Made by a program: the position numbers and the translations under genes. The notes beneath the pieces are model-generated. The model searched no databases, had not been told where the DNA came from, and saw only the letters and a list, made by a program, of their open reading frames with translations. A DNA stretch of 54,036 nucleotides, taken from positions 1 through 54,036 of the forward strand of contig JBBSKF010000005.1 in assembly GCA_038256525.1 (NCBI GenBank), read 5' to 3'. Source of the DNA: Mycobacteriales bacterium (GTDB taxonomy: Bacteria; Actinomycetota; Actinomycetes; Mycobacteriales; SCTD01). The stretch's first letter is position 1. Each line of letters begins with the position of its first letter. Positions 1 to 8,769 of this stretch are shown here, in pieces.

Positions 1-648
1 CCCGGACACGCCGTAGGCGAGCACGTCGGCCGGTGACAGCAGACCGACCCCGCGGGGCAGCGCGTCGACCATGCGGTCCAGCACGGCAAGGACGGGGCGT
101 ACGCCGGCGATCGCCGCCCGGGCGCGCCCGATCCAGCCGGCGGGGAGGTCCTCCTTCAGCCCCCCTACCCGGTTGTACATGTAGTGCATCCGCCCGCCGG
201 TCGCCTCCTCCATGACCGCTTGCAACGCTTCGCGCTGCGAGAACCCCTGCTGCACAGCGGGGTCCATGGCACCGAGGAACAGCAGGTGGTTGAGCACCCG
301 GTTGAGCTCGGCCAGCAGGGTGCGCAGCCAGGTGGCCCGCTCGGGCACCTGCATGCCGAGCATCCGCTCGACCGCGAGCACGATGCCGAGCTCGTTGCTG
401 AACGCCGACAGCCAGTCGTGCCGGTTGGCGAGCATCACCAGCTGGCGGTAGTCGCGTACCTCGAACAGCTTCTCCGCCCCCCGGTGCAGGAAGCCGACCA
501 CCGGCTCGGCGGTCACGATGCGGTCGCCGTCGAGGGTGAGTGCGAGCTGCAGCACGCCGTGGCTGGACGGGTGGTGGGGGCCGAGGACGAGCACGACGTC
601 GGAGGTGGCGTGGGCGGCGGCGCCGATGCCGACGAGCAGGTCCGCCAC
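1..648 (-). CDS. nuoD: NADH-quinone oxidoreductase subunit D paralog (stand-alone; 3' end outside window)
   Basis: Not in the ORF track; translated by hand from GTG 648: [12 protein letters not shown]...[12 protein letters not shown]...[10 protein letters not shown]...LLAELNR...[13 protein letters not shown]...YGVSG, the complex I 49-kDa subunit signatures. TAGGCT lies 7 nt upstream of the GTG. Confidence 0.88.
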   Translation of the reverse strand, partial: MADLLVGIGAAAHATSDVVLVLGPHHPSSHGVLQLALTLDGDRIVTAEPVVGFLHRGAEKLFEVRDYRQLVMLANRHDWLSAFSNELGIVLAVERMLGMQVPERATWLRTLLAELNRVLNHLLFLGAMDPAVQQGFSQREALQAVMEEATGGRMHYMYNRVGGLKEDLPAGWIGRARAAIAGVRPVLAVLDRMVDALPRGVGLLSPADVLAYGVSG

Positions 649-658
649 GAAGCCGAGC

Positions 659-1609
659 CTAGATCGCGAGTGGGTCGGTGATCCCGACCGGGCACACGAT
701 CCAGCCGAAGCCACCCAGGCCGCGCGGGTCGAGCAGCTCGGTGGCCTGCGAGGCGACCTGCAGGCCGGCGAGGTAGGTCCGCGGCTCGGTCAGCGACAGC
801 TCGCGGGGCGGGGGTGCGGCATCGACGCCCAGCGCTGCCAGGGCCTCTCGCTGGCGGAGCAGCCGTCCGCCGGCAGCGGCCAGGCACGAGTCCAGCGCGA
901 CGTGGGCCGTCAGGTCGCAGGTCCTGTCCGGAACCGCGAGGACCTGGCGGCCGTCGCGGTAGCCGGTCAGCGTCGGCCGGCGATCCCCGTAGGTCGTCCG
1001 GTCACCCAGCACATGCCCGTAGTCGACCGCGACGGCCAGCCCGCGCCGGACCTGCCCGACCGCTGCTGCCCACGCACGGTCGCGAGCGAGCCCGACCTCC
1101 ACGCGGCGCCCCTGCGGCCACCACCGCTTCGCCCAGGCCAGAGCGTCCGGGGGCGCCGGACCGCCGAGCCGCTCGGTCCCGTCCGCGCCGACCTCGACGA
1201 CCCGCCCGTCGAACAGCACGTCGAGCGGTACGTCGTCCAGCCACTCGTTCGCCACGAGCAGTCCGAACGCCTGCGGGACGGTCGACGTCCAGCCGATCCC
1301 TGTGCCCGGGTCCGGGCCGAGGTCGACGCCGGTCAGCCGCCACCGGGCCGGGACGTCCGGCAGCGCCGACAGCAGCTCCCCTTGGCCCGCACCGACATCC
1401 ACCAGGTCGAAGGGGTCCGGCTGGCCGAGCGCCTCGTCCACGAGTCCGGCGAGCCGGCGTACGGCCGTCGCGAACACCGGGGACGCCGTGACGGACGTAC
1501 GGAAGTGCGCGGCCGGCGCGTGCCGCAGCCAGAAGCCCTCCTGGCCGTAGAGGGCGTCCTGCATCGCCTCGCGCCAGGGCCGGAAGCCGGCGGCAGGGGC
1601 GGTGGTCAC
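659..1609 (-). CDS. SAM-dependent methyltransferase, MidA/NDUFAF7 family
   Basis: C-terminal half of ORF 659..2590: [43 protein letters not shown]. Start placed at GTG 1609. Confidence 0.85.
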   Translation of the reverse strand: MTTAPAAGFRPWREAMQDALYGQEGFWLRHAPAAHFRTSVTASPVFATAVRRLAGLVDEALGQPDPFDLVDVGAGQGELLSALPDVPARWRLTGVDLGPDPGTGIGWTSTVPQAFGLLVANEWLDDVPLDVLFDGRVVEVGADGTERLGGPAPPDALAWAKRWWPQGRRVEVGLARDRAWAAAVGQVRRGLAVAVDYGHVLGDRTTYGDRRPTLTGYRDGRQVLAVPDRTCDLTAHVALDSCLAAAGGRLLRQREALAALGVDAAPPPRELSLTEPRTYLAGLQVASQATELLDPRGLGGFGWIVCPVGITDPLAI

Positions 1610-1695
1610 GGCGCAAGCATGTCGCGACCCCCCCTGCCCCTGGCACTTCCCCTGCGGTACGACATCCGTGGGCGGCTCAGAGGTGACGGCTCGCA

Positions 1696-1749
1696 GGGGA
1701 AGTGCGGGAAAGGGGGAGTGCGGGAAAGGGGGGCGCGGGGCCGGCGGGG
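1696..1749 (+). repeat. G-rich tandem repeat (AGTGCGGGAAAGGGGG x2) within seven G-runs; potential G-quadruplex
   Basis: Exact 16-bp copies at 1701-1716 and 1717-1732, in a divergent intergenic region. Confidence 0.7.
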
Positions 1750-1840
1750 CGTGATCCGGGCCACAGGGGATGGACGGCGCGGGCGGCGGCGTTAAGGTGA
1801 GCAGCGCACCGTCCGGTACCCCACGAGGACTGGAACGACG

Positions 1841-2755
1841 ATGGAGAACAGCAGCGACGCTCCCCGCCCTGGCCGGCTGGCCGTCGGCGTGGTCGGCGTC
1901 GGGCGGGTAGGTGCGGTCCTGGGCGCCGCCCTGGCCCGGGCGGGCCACCACGTCGTCGCGGTCTCTGCGGTGTCCACCGCGTCCCGCGCGCGAGCCGCCG
2001 ACCTGCTGCCCGGCGTGCCGGTCCTGTGTGTCGACGAGGTGCTGGCGCTGTCCGGCCTGGTGCTGCTGACCGTCCCCGACGACGCCCTGCCCGACCTCGT
2101 GGGCGGGCTCGCTGCGACCGGCGGGATCCGCCGCGGCGTCCTGCTGGCCCACACCAGCGGCCGGCACGGCTTGGCGGTCCTCGAGCCGGCGTCCCGCGCA
2201 GGCGCCCTGCCGCTGGCCCTGCACCCGGCGCTGCCCTTCGCCGGCACCCGGGTCGACCTGGAGCGCCTGACCGGCACGTCGTTCGGGGTCACCGCCCCGG
2301 ATCCGCTGCGGGCCGTGGCCGAGGCCCTCGTCGTCGAGATGGGCGGCGAACCGGTCTGGCTGACCGAAGAGCAGCGGCCGGTGTGGCACGCCGCCCTCGC
2401 GCACGGCGCGAACCACCTCACGACGCTGGTCGCGAGCGCCGCTGACCTGCTGCGCGCGACCGGGGTCGAGAAGCCGGCGCAGGTGCTCGGTCCGCTGCTC
2501 GGGGCGGCGCTGGACGGCTCCTTGCGCAGAGGGGACGCCGCGCTCACCGGTCCGGTCGCCCGGGGTGATGCCGCCACCGTGCACGCCCACCTTGCTGCCC
2601 TTGCCCGCGTGGCGCCGGAGGTGCTGCCCGCCTACGTCGCGATGGCCCGGCTCACCGCCGACCGTGCTCTCGCCAGCGGAGCACTCGACCCGGCGCAGGC
2701 ATCGGCGCTGCTCGAAGTGCTGGCCACGACCCCGGGCGGAGGTGTGCCGCGATGA
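1841..2755 (+). CDS. Rossmann-like plus DUF2520 oxidoreductase (probable PanG-type ketopantoate reductase)
   Basis: GVGRVG, LTVPDD, HTSG, LHP, HAA..HGANH, LTGPVARGD; stop overlaps the panC start. Confidence 0.8.
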   Translation: MENSSDAPRPGRLAVGVVGVGRVGAVLGAALARAGHHVVAVSAVSTASRARAADLLPGVPVLCVDEVLALSGLVLLTVPDDALPDLVGGLAATGGIRRGVLLAHTSGRHGLAVLEPASRAGALPLALHPALPFAGTRVDLERLTGTSFGVTAPDPLRAVAEALVVEMGGEPVWLTEEQRPVWHAALAHGANHLTTLVASAADLLRATGVEKPAQVLGPLLGAALDGSLRRGDAALTGPVARGDAATVHAHLAALARVAPEVLPAYVAMARLTADRALASGALDPAQASALLEVLATTPGGGVPR

Positions 2756-3561
2756 TCGTCGCCGAGAAGCGATCCGACCTTGCCGCCGCGCGAGAGGCGA
2801 TGCCCGGCCGGGTCGCCGTCGTCATGACCATGGGCGCGCTGCACGAGGGGCACGCCGCGCTGCTGCGCGCCGCCACCCGTACCGCCGACTCGGTCCTGGC
2901 CACCGTCTTCGTCAACCCGCTGCAGTTCGGGCCCGGCGAGGATCTGGCGCGCTATCCCCGTACCCTCGACGCCGACCTCGCGCTGTGCGAGCGCGAGGGG
3001 GTCGATGCCGTCTTCACGCCGACACCCGAGATCGTCTATCCCGACGGCGACCCGGTCGTACGCGTCGGTGCCGGTCGGCTGGGTGAGGTGTTCGAAGGCG
3101 CGACCCGGCCGGGACACCTCGACGGGGTGCTCACCGTCGTGCTGAAGCTGCTGCACCTCACCCGGCCGGATGTCGCGCTGTTCGGGCAGAAGGACGCCCA
3201 GCAGCTCGCCGCGATCCGGCTCATGGCGCGCGATCTCGACCTGCCGGTGGACGTCGTGGCCGTCCCGACCGTGCGCGACAGCGACGGGCTCGCGCTGTCG
3301 AGTCGCAACCGCTACCTGTCGGCGGCCGAGCGCGGCATCGCCCTCGCCCTGAGCCGGGCGCTCGCGACGCGGAACGTCGAAGCCGGCCGGGCGCTGCTCG
3401 CCGCCGAATCCGGTCTGTCGACAGACTACTTCGACCAGGTGGACAGCACGAGCTTCACCCCCGACCCGGCCGGTGACCTGCTGATCGTCGCCGCGACGGT
3501 GGGCGCGACCCGCCTGATCGACAACCTGCTGCTGACCCCGGGAAGGGGCGAAGTGCCATGA
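2752..3561 (+). CDS. panC: Pantoate--beta-alanine ligase
   Basis: [44 protein letters not shown]. Confidence 0.97.
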   Translation: MIVAEKRSDLAAAREAMPGRVAVVMTMGALHEGHAALLRAATRTADSVLATVFVNPLQFGPGEDLARYPRTLDADLALCEREGVDAVFTPTPEIVYPDGDPVVRVGAGRLGEVFEGATRPGHLDGVLTVVLKLLHLTRPDVALFGQKDAQQLAAIRLMARDLDLPVDVVAVPTVRDSDGLALSSRNRYLSAAERGIALALSRALATRNVEAGRALLAAESGLSTDYFDQVDSTSFTPDPAGDLLIVAATVGATRLIDNLLLTPGRGEVP

Positions 3562-4034
3562 TCCGCACCATGCTCAAGAGCAAGATCCACCGGGCGACGG
3601 TCACCCAGGCCGACCTGCACTACGTCGGCAGCGTCACCGTCGACGAGGACCTCATGGAGGCCGCCGACCTGCTGCCCGGGGAGAAGGTCGCCATCGTCGA
3701 CGTCACCAACGGCGCCCGGCTCGAGACCTACGTCATCGCCGGCCGCCGGGGCAGCGGGGTGCTCGGCATCAACGGGGCCGCGGCCCGGCTCGTCCACGCG
3801 GGAGACCTCGTCATCCTCATCTCGTACGGGCAGTTCGACGACGAGCAGGCGCGGCGCTTTCGGCCGCGGGTCGTGTTCGTCGATGCCGACAACCGGATCG
3901 TCGGCACGGGAGAGGATCCGGCCGAGGTGCTCCCCGGGACGGGCCTGATCCGCGGTGACCTGACGCCGCCGATCGCCTCTCCCACCCGGGCGCACAGCGG
4001 CTCCTACGACGATGACCCCACACTCCTCTGGTGA
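3558..4034 (+). CDS. panD: Aspartate 1-decarboxylase
   Basis: [16 protein letters not shown] self-cleavage site, RLETYVI, INGAAA. Confidence 0.97.
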   Translation: MIRTMLKSKIHRATVTQADLHYVGSVTVDEDLMEAADLLPGEKVAIVDVTNGARLETYVIAGRRGSGVLGINGAAARLVHAGDLVILISYGQFDDEQARRFRPRVVFVDADNRIVGTGEDPAEVLPGTGLIRGDLTPPIASPTRAHSGSYDDDPTLLW

Positions 4035-5656
4035 CCTCTGTTCACACCCCCGGTCGGCTGCTCGCCCCTGAGCCCGGGTGGATCACGTCCACCGACGTCG
4101 TCGTGGTCGGTTCCGGCGTCGCCGGGTTGACCGCAGCCCTGCACGCCACGGCCGCCGGGAGCGTCCTGCTCGTCACCAAGGTGCTCGTGGACGACGGCTC
4201 GACGCGTTGGGCGCAGGGCGGTGTTGCCGCCGCGTTGGCGCCGGACGACAGCCCCGAGCAGCACCTGAGGGACACCCTCGCCGCCGGCGCCGGGCTCTGC
4301 GACCCCGCGGCCGTGCGCGTCCTGTGCACCGAAGGCCCGGCACGCCTTCGCGAACTCGTCTCACTGGGAGCGGCTTTCGACCGCGAACCCTCTGGTGAGC
4401 TGTCCCGCACCAGGGAGGGCGGCCACTCGCGGGACCGGGTCGTGCACGCGGGCGGCGATGCCACCGGCGTCGAGGTCCAGCGCGCGCTGGTCGCGGCCGT
4501 ACGCGCCCATCCCGCCATCCGCCTGGTCGAGCACGCGCTGGTGCTCGACCTGCTGCAGACGGCCGACGGGGCAGCCGCCGGAGTCACGCTGCATGTGCTC
4601 GGCGAGGGAACCCGGGACGGGGTCGGTGCCGTGCACGCCCGCGCCGTCGTGCTGGCCACCGGTGGCATGGGTCAGGTCTACGCCAGCACGACGAACCCGG
4701 CTGTCTCCACGGGCGACGGGGTGGCTCTCGCTCTGCGGGCGGGGGCGGCGATCGCCGACCTCGAGTTCGTGCAGTTCCACCCCACCGTGCTCTATCTCGG
4801 GGCAGGCTCGACCGGTCAGCAACCCCTTGTGTCGGAGGCGATGAGAGGAGAGGGCGCCTTCCTCGTGGACGCCGCAGGGGACCGCGTGATCACGAGTGCG
4901 GACCATCCGCTGGCCGACCTTGCTCCCCGCGACGTCGTGGCCAAGGCCATCCACCGCCGGATGCTCGACCGCGGCGAGGATCACGTCTTCCTCGATGCCC
5001 GGCACCTGGGCGAGCCCGTCCTGCTGCAGCGTTTCCCGACCATCGTGGGCCGTTGCCGGGAGGCCGGCATCGACCCGGTGCGCCAGCTCGTTCCGGTCGC
5101 TCCTGCGGCGCACTACGCAAGCGGTGGCATCCGCACCGACCTGGCTGGACGCACCTCGGTGCCGGGGCTCTACGCCTGCGGCGAGGTCGCCTGTACGGGT
5201 GTGCACGGGGCCAACCGGCTGGCCTCCAACAGCCTGCTCGAGGGGCTGGTGTTCTCCGCCCGGGTCGGGGCGGATCTCGAGCGCGGCCTCGCGCCGTTCG
5301 AAGCACCCATGACACCGGCCGGCGACCGCATCCTGCTCGACCCGACCGTCCGCGCCGATCTTGCCCAGGCGATGACGCGGGGCGCGGGCGTCCTGCGGAG
5401 CAAGATCTCGCTCGGCGCGACCGCCGACGAGCTCGACGAGCTCGCGACCCACACCAGTGTCGCGCCCTGCCCGGCCGCCTGGGAGGCAACCGACCTGCAC
5501 GCGGTCGCGACCGCGCTCGTGTCGGCGGCGCTGCGCCGGGAGGAGACTCGCGGGGCTCACTGGCGTGAAGATCATCCCGACGAGTCTGCCTCCTGGTTAG
5601 GACATCTGGTGACAACATCGACCGGCACGACGTTCGAGCCATGGGAGCAGACATGA
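4031..5656 (+). CDS. nadB: L-aspartate oxidase
   Basis: [52 protein letters not shown]. Confidence 0.96.
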   Translation: MTSVHTPGRLLAPEPGWITSTDVVVVGSGVAGLTAALHATAAGSVLLVTKVLVDDGSTRWAQGGVAAALAPDDSPEQHLRDTLAAGAGLCDPAAVRVLCTEGPARLRELVSLGAAFDREPSGELSRTREGGHSRDRVVHAGGDATGVEVQRALVAAVRAHPAIRLVEHALVLDLLQTADGAAAGVTLHVLGEGTRDGVGAVHARAVVLATGGMGQVYASTTNPAVSTGDGVALALRAGAAIADLEFVQFHPTVLYLGAGSTGQQPLVSEAMRGEGAFLVDAAGDRVITSADHPLADLAPRDVVAKAIHRRMLDRGEDHVFLDARHLGEPVLLQRFPTIVGRCREAGIDPVRQLVPVAPAAHYASGGIRTDLAGRTSVPGLYACGEVACTGVHGANRLASNSLLEGLVFSARVGADLERGLAPFEAPMTPAGDRILLDPTVRADLAQAMTRGAGVLRSKISLGATADELDELATHTSVAPCPAAWEATDLHAVATALVSAALRREETRGAHWREDHPDESASWLGHLVTTSTGTTFEPWEQT

Positions 5657-6537
5657 TCTTGAGCCCGGCCACCGAGCAGGCGCTGACTGCCGCGGGGCTC
5701 GACCCTGCGTACGTCCTGGATCTCGTCTCGCGCGCAGTTGCGGAGGACCTCGACGGCGGCGTCGACGTCACCAGCGTCGCGACGGTGCCGGCCGGGCTGC
5801 GCGGGGTGGCGGCGTTCGTCCCCCGCGAGGCCGGCACGGTCGCCGGGACCGGCATTGCCATGGCCGTGCTCGACGTCGTCGTGCCGGGGGTGCAGCACCT
5901 GCTCCCCGCCGTCGACGGCATGGCGGCGCTGCCCGGGCTGTCCGTGCTGGAGGCCGAAGGCCCGGTCCGCGAGCTGCTGACGGCCGAGCGCACGGCGCTC
6001 AACCTGCTGTGCCACCTGTCCGGGATCGCGACTCTCACCCAGACCTGGGTCGACGCGATCGAGGGCACAGGCGCGCGGATCCGGGACACCCGCAAGACGA
6101 CGCCGGGTCTGCGAGCGCTGGAGAAGTACGCCGTTCGCTGCGGTGGCGGCGTCAACCACCGGATGTCGCTGTCGGACGCCGCCCTCGTGAAGGACAACCA
6201 CGTGGTCGCGGCCGGCGGCGTGCAGGCGGCGTTCGCCGCGGTGCGCACAGCCTTTCCCGGGCTGGACGTGGAGGTGGAGTGCGACGCCGTCGCGCAGGTC
6301 GCGGAGGCGGTCGAGGCCGGCGCCGATCTGGTGCTGCTGGACAACATGGACCTGCCGGCTCTGGTCGAGTCGGTCGCGCTGTGTCGAGCCCGCGGAGTGC
6401 GGTCCGAGGCATCCGGCGGACTGACCCTCGCCACGGCTCGCGAGGTTGCCGGCGCCGGCGTCGACTTCCTCGCGGTCGGTGCGCTCACCCACTCCGCCGC
6501 CGTTCTGGACATCGGGGTCGATCTCACGTGCTTCTGA
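5653..6537 (+). CDS. nadC: Nicotinate-nucleotide diphosphorylase (carboxylating)
   Basis: AERTALN, DTRKTTPG, NHRMSL, KDNH, EVE, LLDN, EASGG; ATGA overlap with the nadB stop. Confidence 0.96.
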   Translation: MILSPATEQALTAAGLDPAYVLDLVSRAVAEDLDGGVDVTSVATVPAGLRGVAAFVPREAGTVAGTGIAMAVLDVVVPGVQHLLPAVDGMAALPGLSVLEAEGPVRELLTAERTALNLLCHLSGIATLTQTWVDAIEGTGARIRDTRKTTPGLRALEKYAVRCGGGVNHRMSLSDAALVKDNHVVAAGGVQAAFAAVRTAFPGLDVEVECDAVAQVAEAVEAGADLVLLDNMDLPALVESVALCRARGVRSEASGGLTLATAREVAGAGVDFLAVGALTHSAAVLDIGVDLTCF

Positions 6538-7283
6538 CCGTCGACGTCGGCAACACCCAGACCGTGCTCGGACTGTTCGACGGCGAAGCGCTTTTCGAGA
6601 GCTATCGCATCAAGACCGATTCGCGGGTGACCGCGGACGAGCTGGCGCTGATGTTTCGCGGGCTGCTGTCGGAGCACTCCGCGCCCGACGGCGTCGCCGT
6701 CTGCTCCACGGTCCCGGCGGTTCTCGACCAGCTCACCACGATGTTCGACCGCTACTTCGCCGACGTCCCGACCATCGTGGTCGGACCGGGGCTCAAGACC
6801 GGAGTGCCGATCCTCACCGACAACCCGCGGGAGGTCGGCCCGGACCGCATCGTCAACACCCTGGCCGCCCATACGTTGTACGGCGGTCCCGCCATCGTCG
6901 TGGACTTCGGCACCTCGACCAACTTCGATGTGGTGTCGGCGCGCGGGGAGTTCCTCGGCGGGGCGCTCGCCCCCGGGATCGAGATCAGCGTCGACGCGCT
7001 GGCGGCGCGCGCCGCCCGGCTGTTCAAGGTGGAGCTGGTCGAGCCGCGCTCGGTCATCGGCAAGAACACCAGCGAGTCGCTCCAGTCGGGGTTGCTCTAC
7101 GGCTTCGCCGGCCAGGTGGACGGGATGGTCCGCCGCATCTGCGACGAGCTCGGCGCACGGCCGGTCGTGCTGGCGACCGGGGGCCTGTCCCACCTGATGT
7201 TCAGGGTGTGCGAGACGCTCGACCACCACGAGCCGGACCTGACCCTGCACGGACTGCGGCTGGTCTACGAACGCAACCGCTGA
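6528..7283 (+). CDS. coaX: Type III pantothenate kinase
   Basis: VDVGNT, GPDR, VDFGTST, GGALAPG, ATGG; start at GTG 6528. Confidence 0.95.
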   Translation: MLLTVDVGNTQTVLGLFDGEALFESYRIKTDSRVTADELALMFRGLLSEHSAPDGVAVCSTVPAVLDQLTTMFDRYFADVPTIVVGPGLKTGVPILTDNPREVGPDRIVNTLAAHTLYGGPAIVVDFGTSTNFDVVSARGEFLGGALAPGIEISVDALAARAARLFKVELVEPRSVIGKNTSESLQSGLLYGFAGQVDGMVRRICDELGARPVVLATGGLSHLMFRVCETLDHHEPDLTLHGLRLVYERNR

Positions 7284-7286
7284 GCG

Positions 7287-8675
7287 TCAGCGCCGGAGCA
7301 TCTCGGCCGGGCCGAACCCGCGTACAGCTCCGACCTGGATCTCGGGCCGGACACCGCCCCTGCCCCAGATAAGCAAACCGGGCTGGGGGACGGGGTTCGG
7401 CGCCTGGCGGAGCTTGCGGGCCACGTCGTCGAGGGCAGCAGGGCCCAGCGGGGATCGTTGCCATTTGGCCTCCCCGACGAACGCGGTGCGGTGATTCTGG
7501 AGGCCGAGAACGTCGATCTGGCATGGCTCCCCGGTCGTCGTCCACCATTCGTCGACCTGCGTCCCGGCCGGCAGCTCGCCGCTCGCCACAAGATGCGCTG
7601 CGTGCTCGCGGGCGGTCTGCTCGAACGTCCATCCCAGGTGGACCTGCCACTCGCCTGCGGTGTGCTGCAGTACGGCGGCACCCTGCCCGGCCTCGATCCG
7701 CTGCACGCCGTTGGACAGCACCCGGAACCAGAAGCGCAGGTAGGCGTCGTCGACGCGGTACTCCAGCCGGGCCTTGAGCGGCGCCCCCAATGGCTTCACA
7801 GCTCGGATGAACCGGCCGCGGAGCAGCGCTTCGAGCGGCCGGTCGACACGTCCGTCGACCTCGTTTGCGATCTCACCCCGGCGGCTTCTGCCCTGCCCAA
7901 TCGCGATCAGCACCCGACGGAAGCTCTCCGGGAGCGTGCTGAGCAGCAGACTCGCGTCCTCGAGCAGGATTCCACCCGGTGCCCCGGCCATCCGGCGCAG
8001 GTTGCTGTCCGCTCTCCGGCCGAAGTCCCAGGCGTCAAGGTGAAGCGGATACCCGCCGCAGGCTGCGTAGGCCTCGAACAGTGAGACCGGATCCGGATGG
8101 CCGCAGAACTCGCTTGCCTCGGCCGCGGTGAGGGGGGCCAGGCGGAGCACGTCATCCGGCCGACCGTAGAGCGGCCCGTTGTGATCGAGCGCGTCTTCCA
8201 TGAGCCCGACTGCTGAACCCGTGAGGATCAACGTCAACTGCGGCTGGTCGGAGTCCACTGCGAGCCGGTCCCACTCGCTCTTGACGATGCTCATGAAGCC
8301 GGGCGTGGAGCCCATGAGGTAGGTCGCTTCGTCGAGCGCCACCACGAGCGGCCGTCGGCGCGCGACGTAGACGCAGGCGGCCAGCGCCTGGTGCCAGTTG
8401 GTTGCTGTGCCCGTCGGTGGCGCATCCGGGCCGAGCGCTGCGGCCAGGGCCTCGCCGAAGCGGCGCAGCTGGTCCCGCTCGCCGGCTTGTGTCGCCTCGA
8501 AATAGACCGGTGTGACCTCAGGCGGTAGCTGGGCGAGCAGATGATGCAGCAGAAAGCTCTTTCCGGTACGACGAGGGCCCTCGATGACCAGCAGTCGGGC
8601 CCTACCAGGAGTCGCCACCCCTGTCCGAAGCCGGTCGAGCGCAGCCCGGCGGCAGCGCAAGGGACGCAATGTCAT
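7287..8675 (-). CDS. AAA-type ('archaeal ATPase'-like) ATP-binding protein with HTH and C-terminal PD-(D/E)xK-like domain (DUF234-like)
   Basis: Walker A GPRRTGKS, Walker B ALDE, LTGS, GGYP, DAYLRFWF, C-terminal IDVL...GEAKW. TATGCT lies 6 nt upstream of ATG 8675. Confidence 0.8.
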   Translation of the reverse strand: MTLRPLRCRRAALDRLRTGVATPGRARLLVIEGPRRTGKSFLLHHLLAQLPPEVTPVYFEATQAGERDQLRRFGEALAAALGPDAPPTGTATNWHQALAACVYVARRRPLVVALDEATYLMGSTPGFMSIVKSEWDRLAVDSDQPQLTLILTGSAVGLMEDALDHNGPLYGRPDDVLRLAPLTAAEASEFCGHPDPVSLFEAYAACGGYPLHLDAWDFGRRADSNLRRMAGAPGGILLEDASLLLSTLPESFRRVLIAIGQGRSRRGEIANEVDGRVDRPLEALLRGRFIRAVKPLGAPLKARLEYRVDDAYLRFWFRVLSNGVQRIEAGQGAAVLQHTAGEWQVHLGWTFEQTAREHAAHLVASGELPAGTQVDEWWTTTGEPCQIDVLGLQNHRTAFVGEAKWQRSPLGPAALDDVARKLRQAPNPVPQPGLLIWGRGGVRPEIQVGAVRGFGPAEMLRR

Positions 8676-8681
8676 GGACGT

Positions 8682-8715
8682 AGCATACACGGGCTGTGTA
8701 CTCACACAGCGTGTA
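8682..8715 (-). promoter_or_regulatory. Leaderless -10 box overlapped by an inverted repeat (possible operator)
   Basis: TATGCT on the minus strand (8682-8687); plus-strand TACAC(GG)GCTGTGT-actc-ACACAGCGTGTA at 8686-8715. Confidence 0.5.
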
Positions 8716-8769
8716 CAGATCCGAGATACGGCCGGGGACGGTCGCTGGGGACCGCCCCCGGCCGGGCAC

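Noticed and set aside
659-2590. Apparent long or fused proteins in the ORF track (also 6009..7283, 19684..21366, 33500..35098, 38749..40245, 39651..41789, 40487..42163)
   Set aside because: The N-terminal extensions overlap other genes; internal starts have a ribosome-binding site, -10 box or stop/start overlap.
1841-7283. CoA and NAD genes interleaved, with nadA and panB absent
   Set aside because: Common actinomycete arrangement; the missing genes are normally elsewhere.
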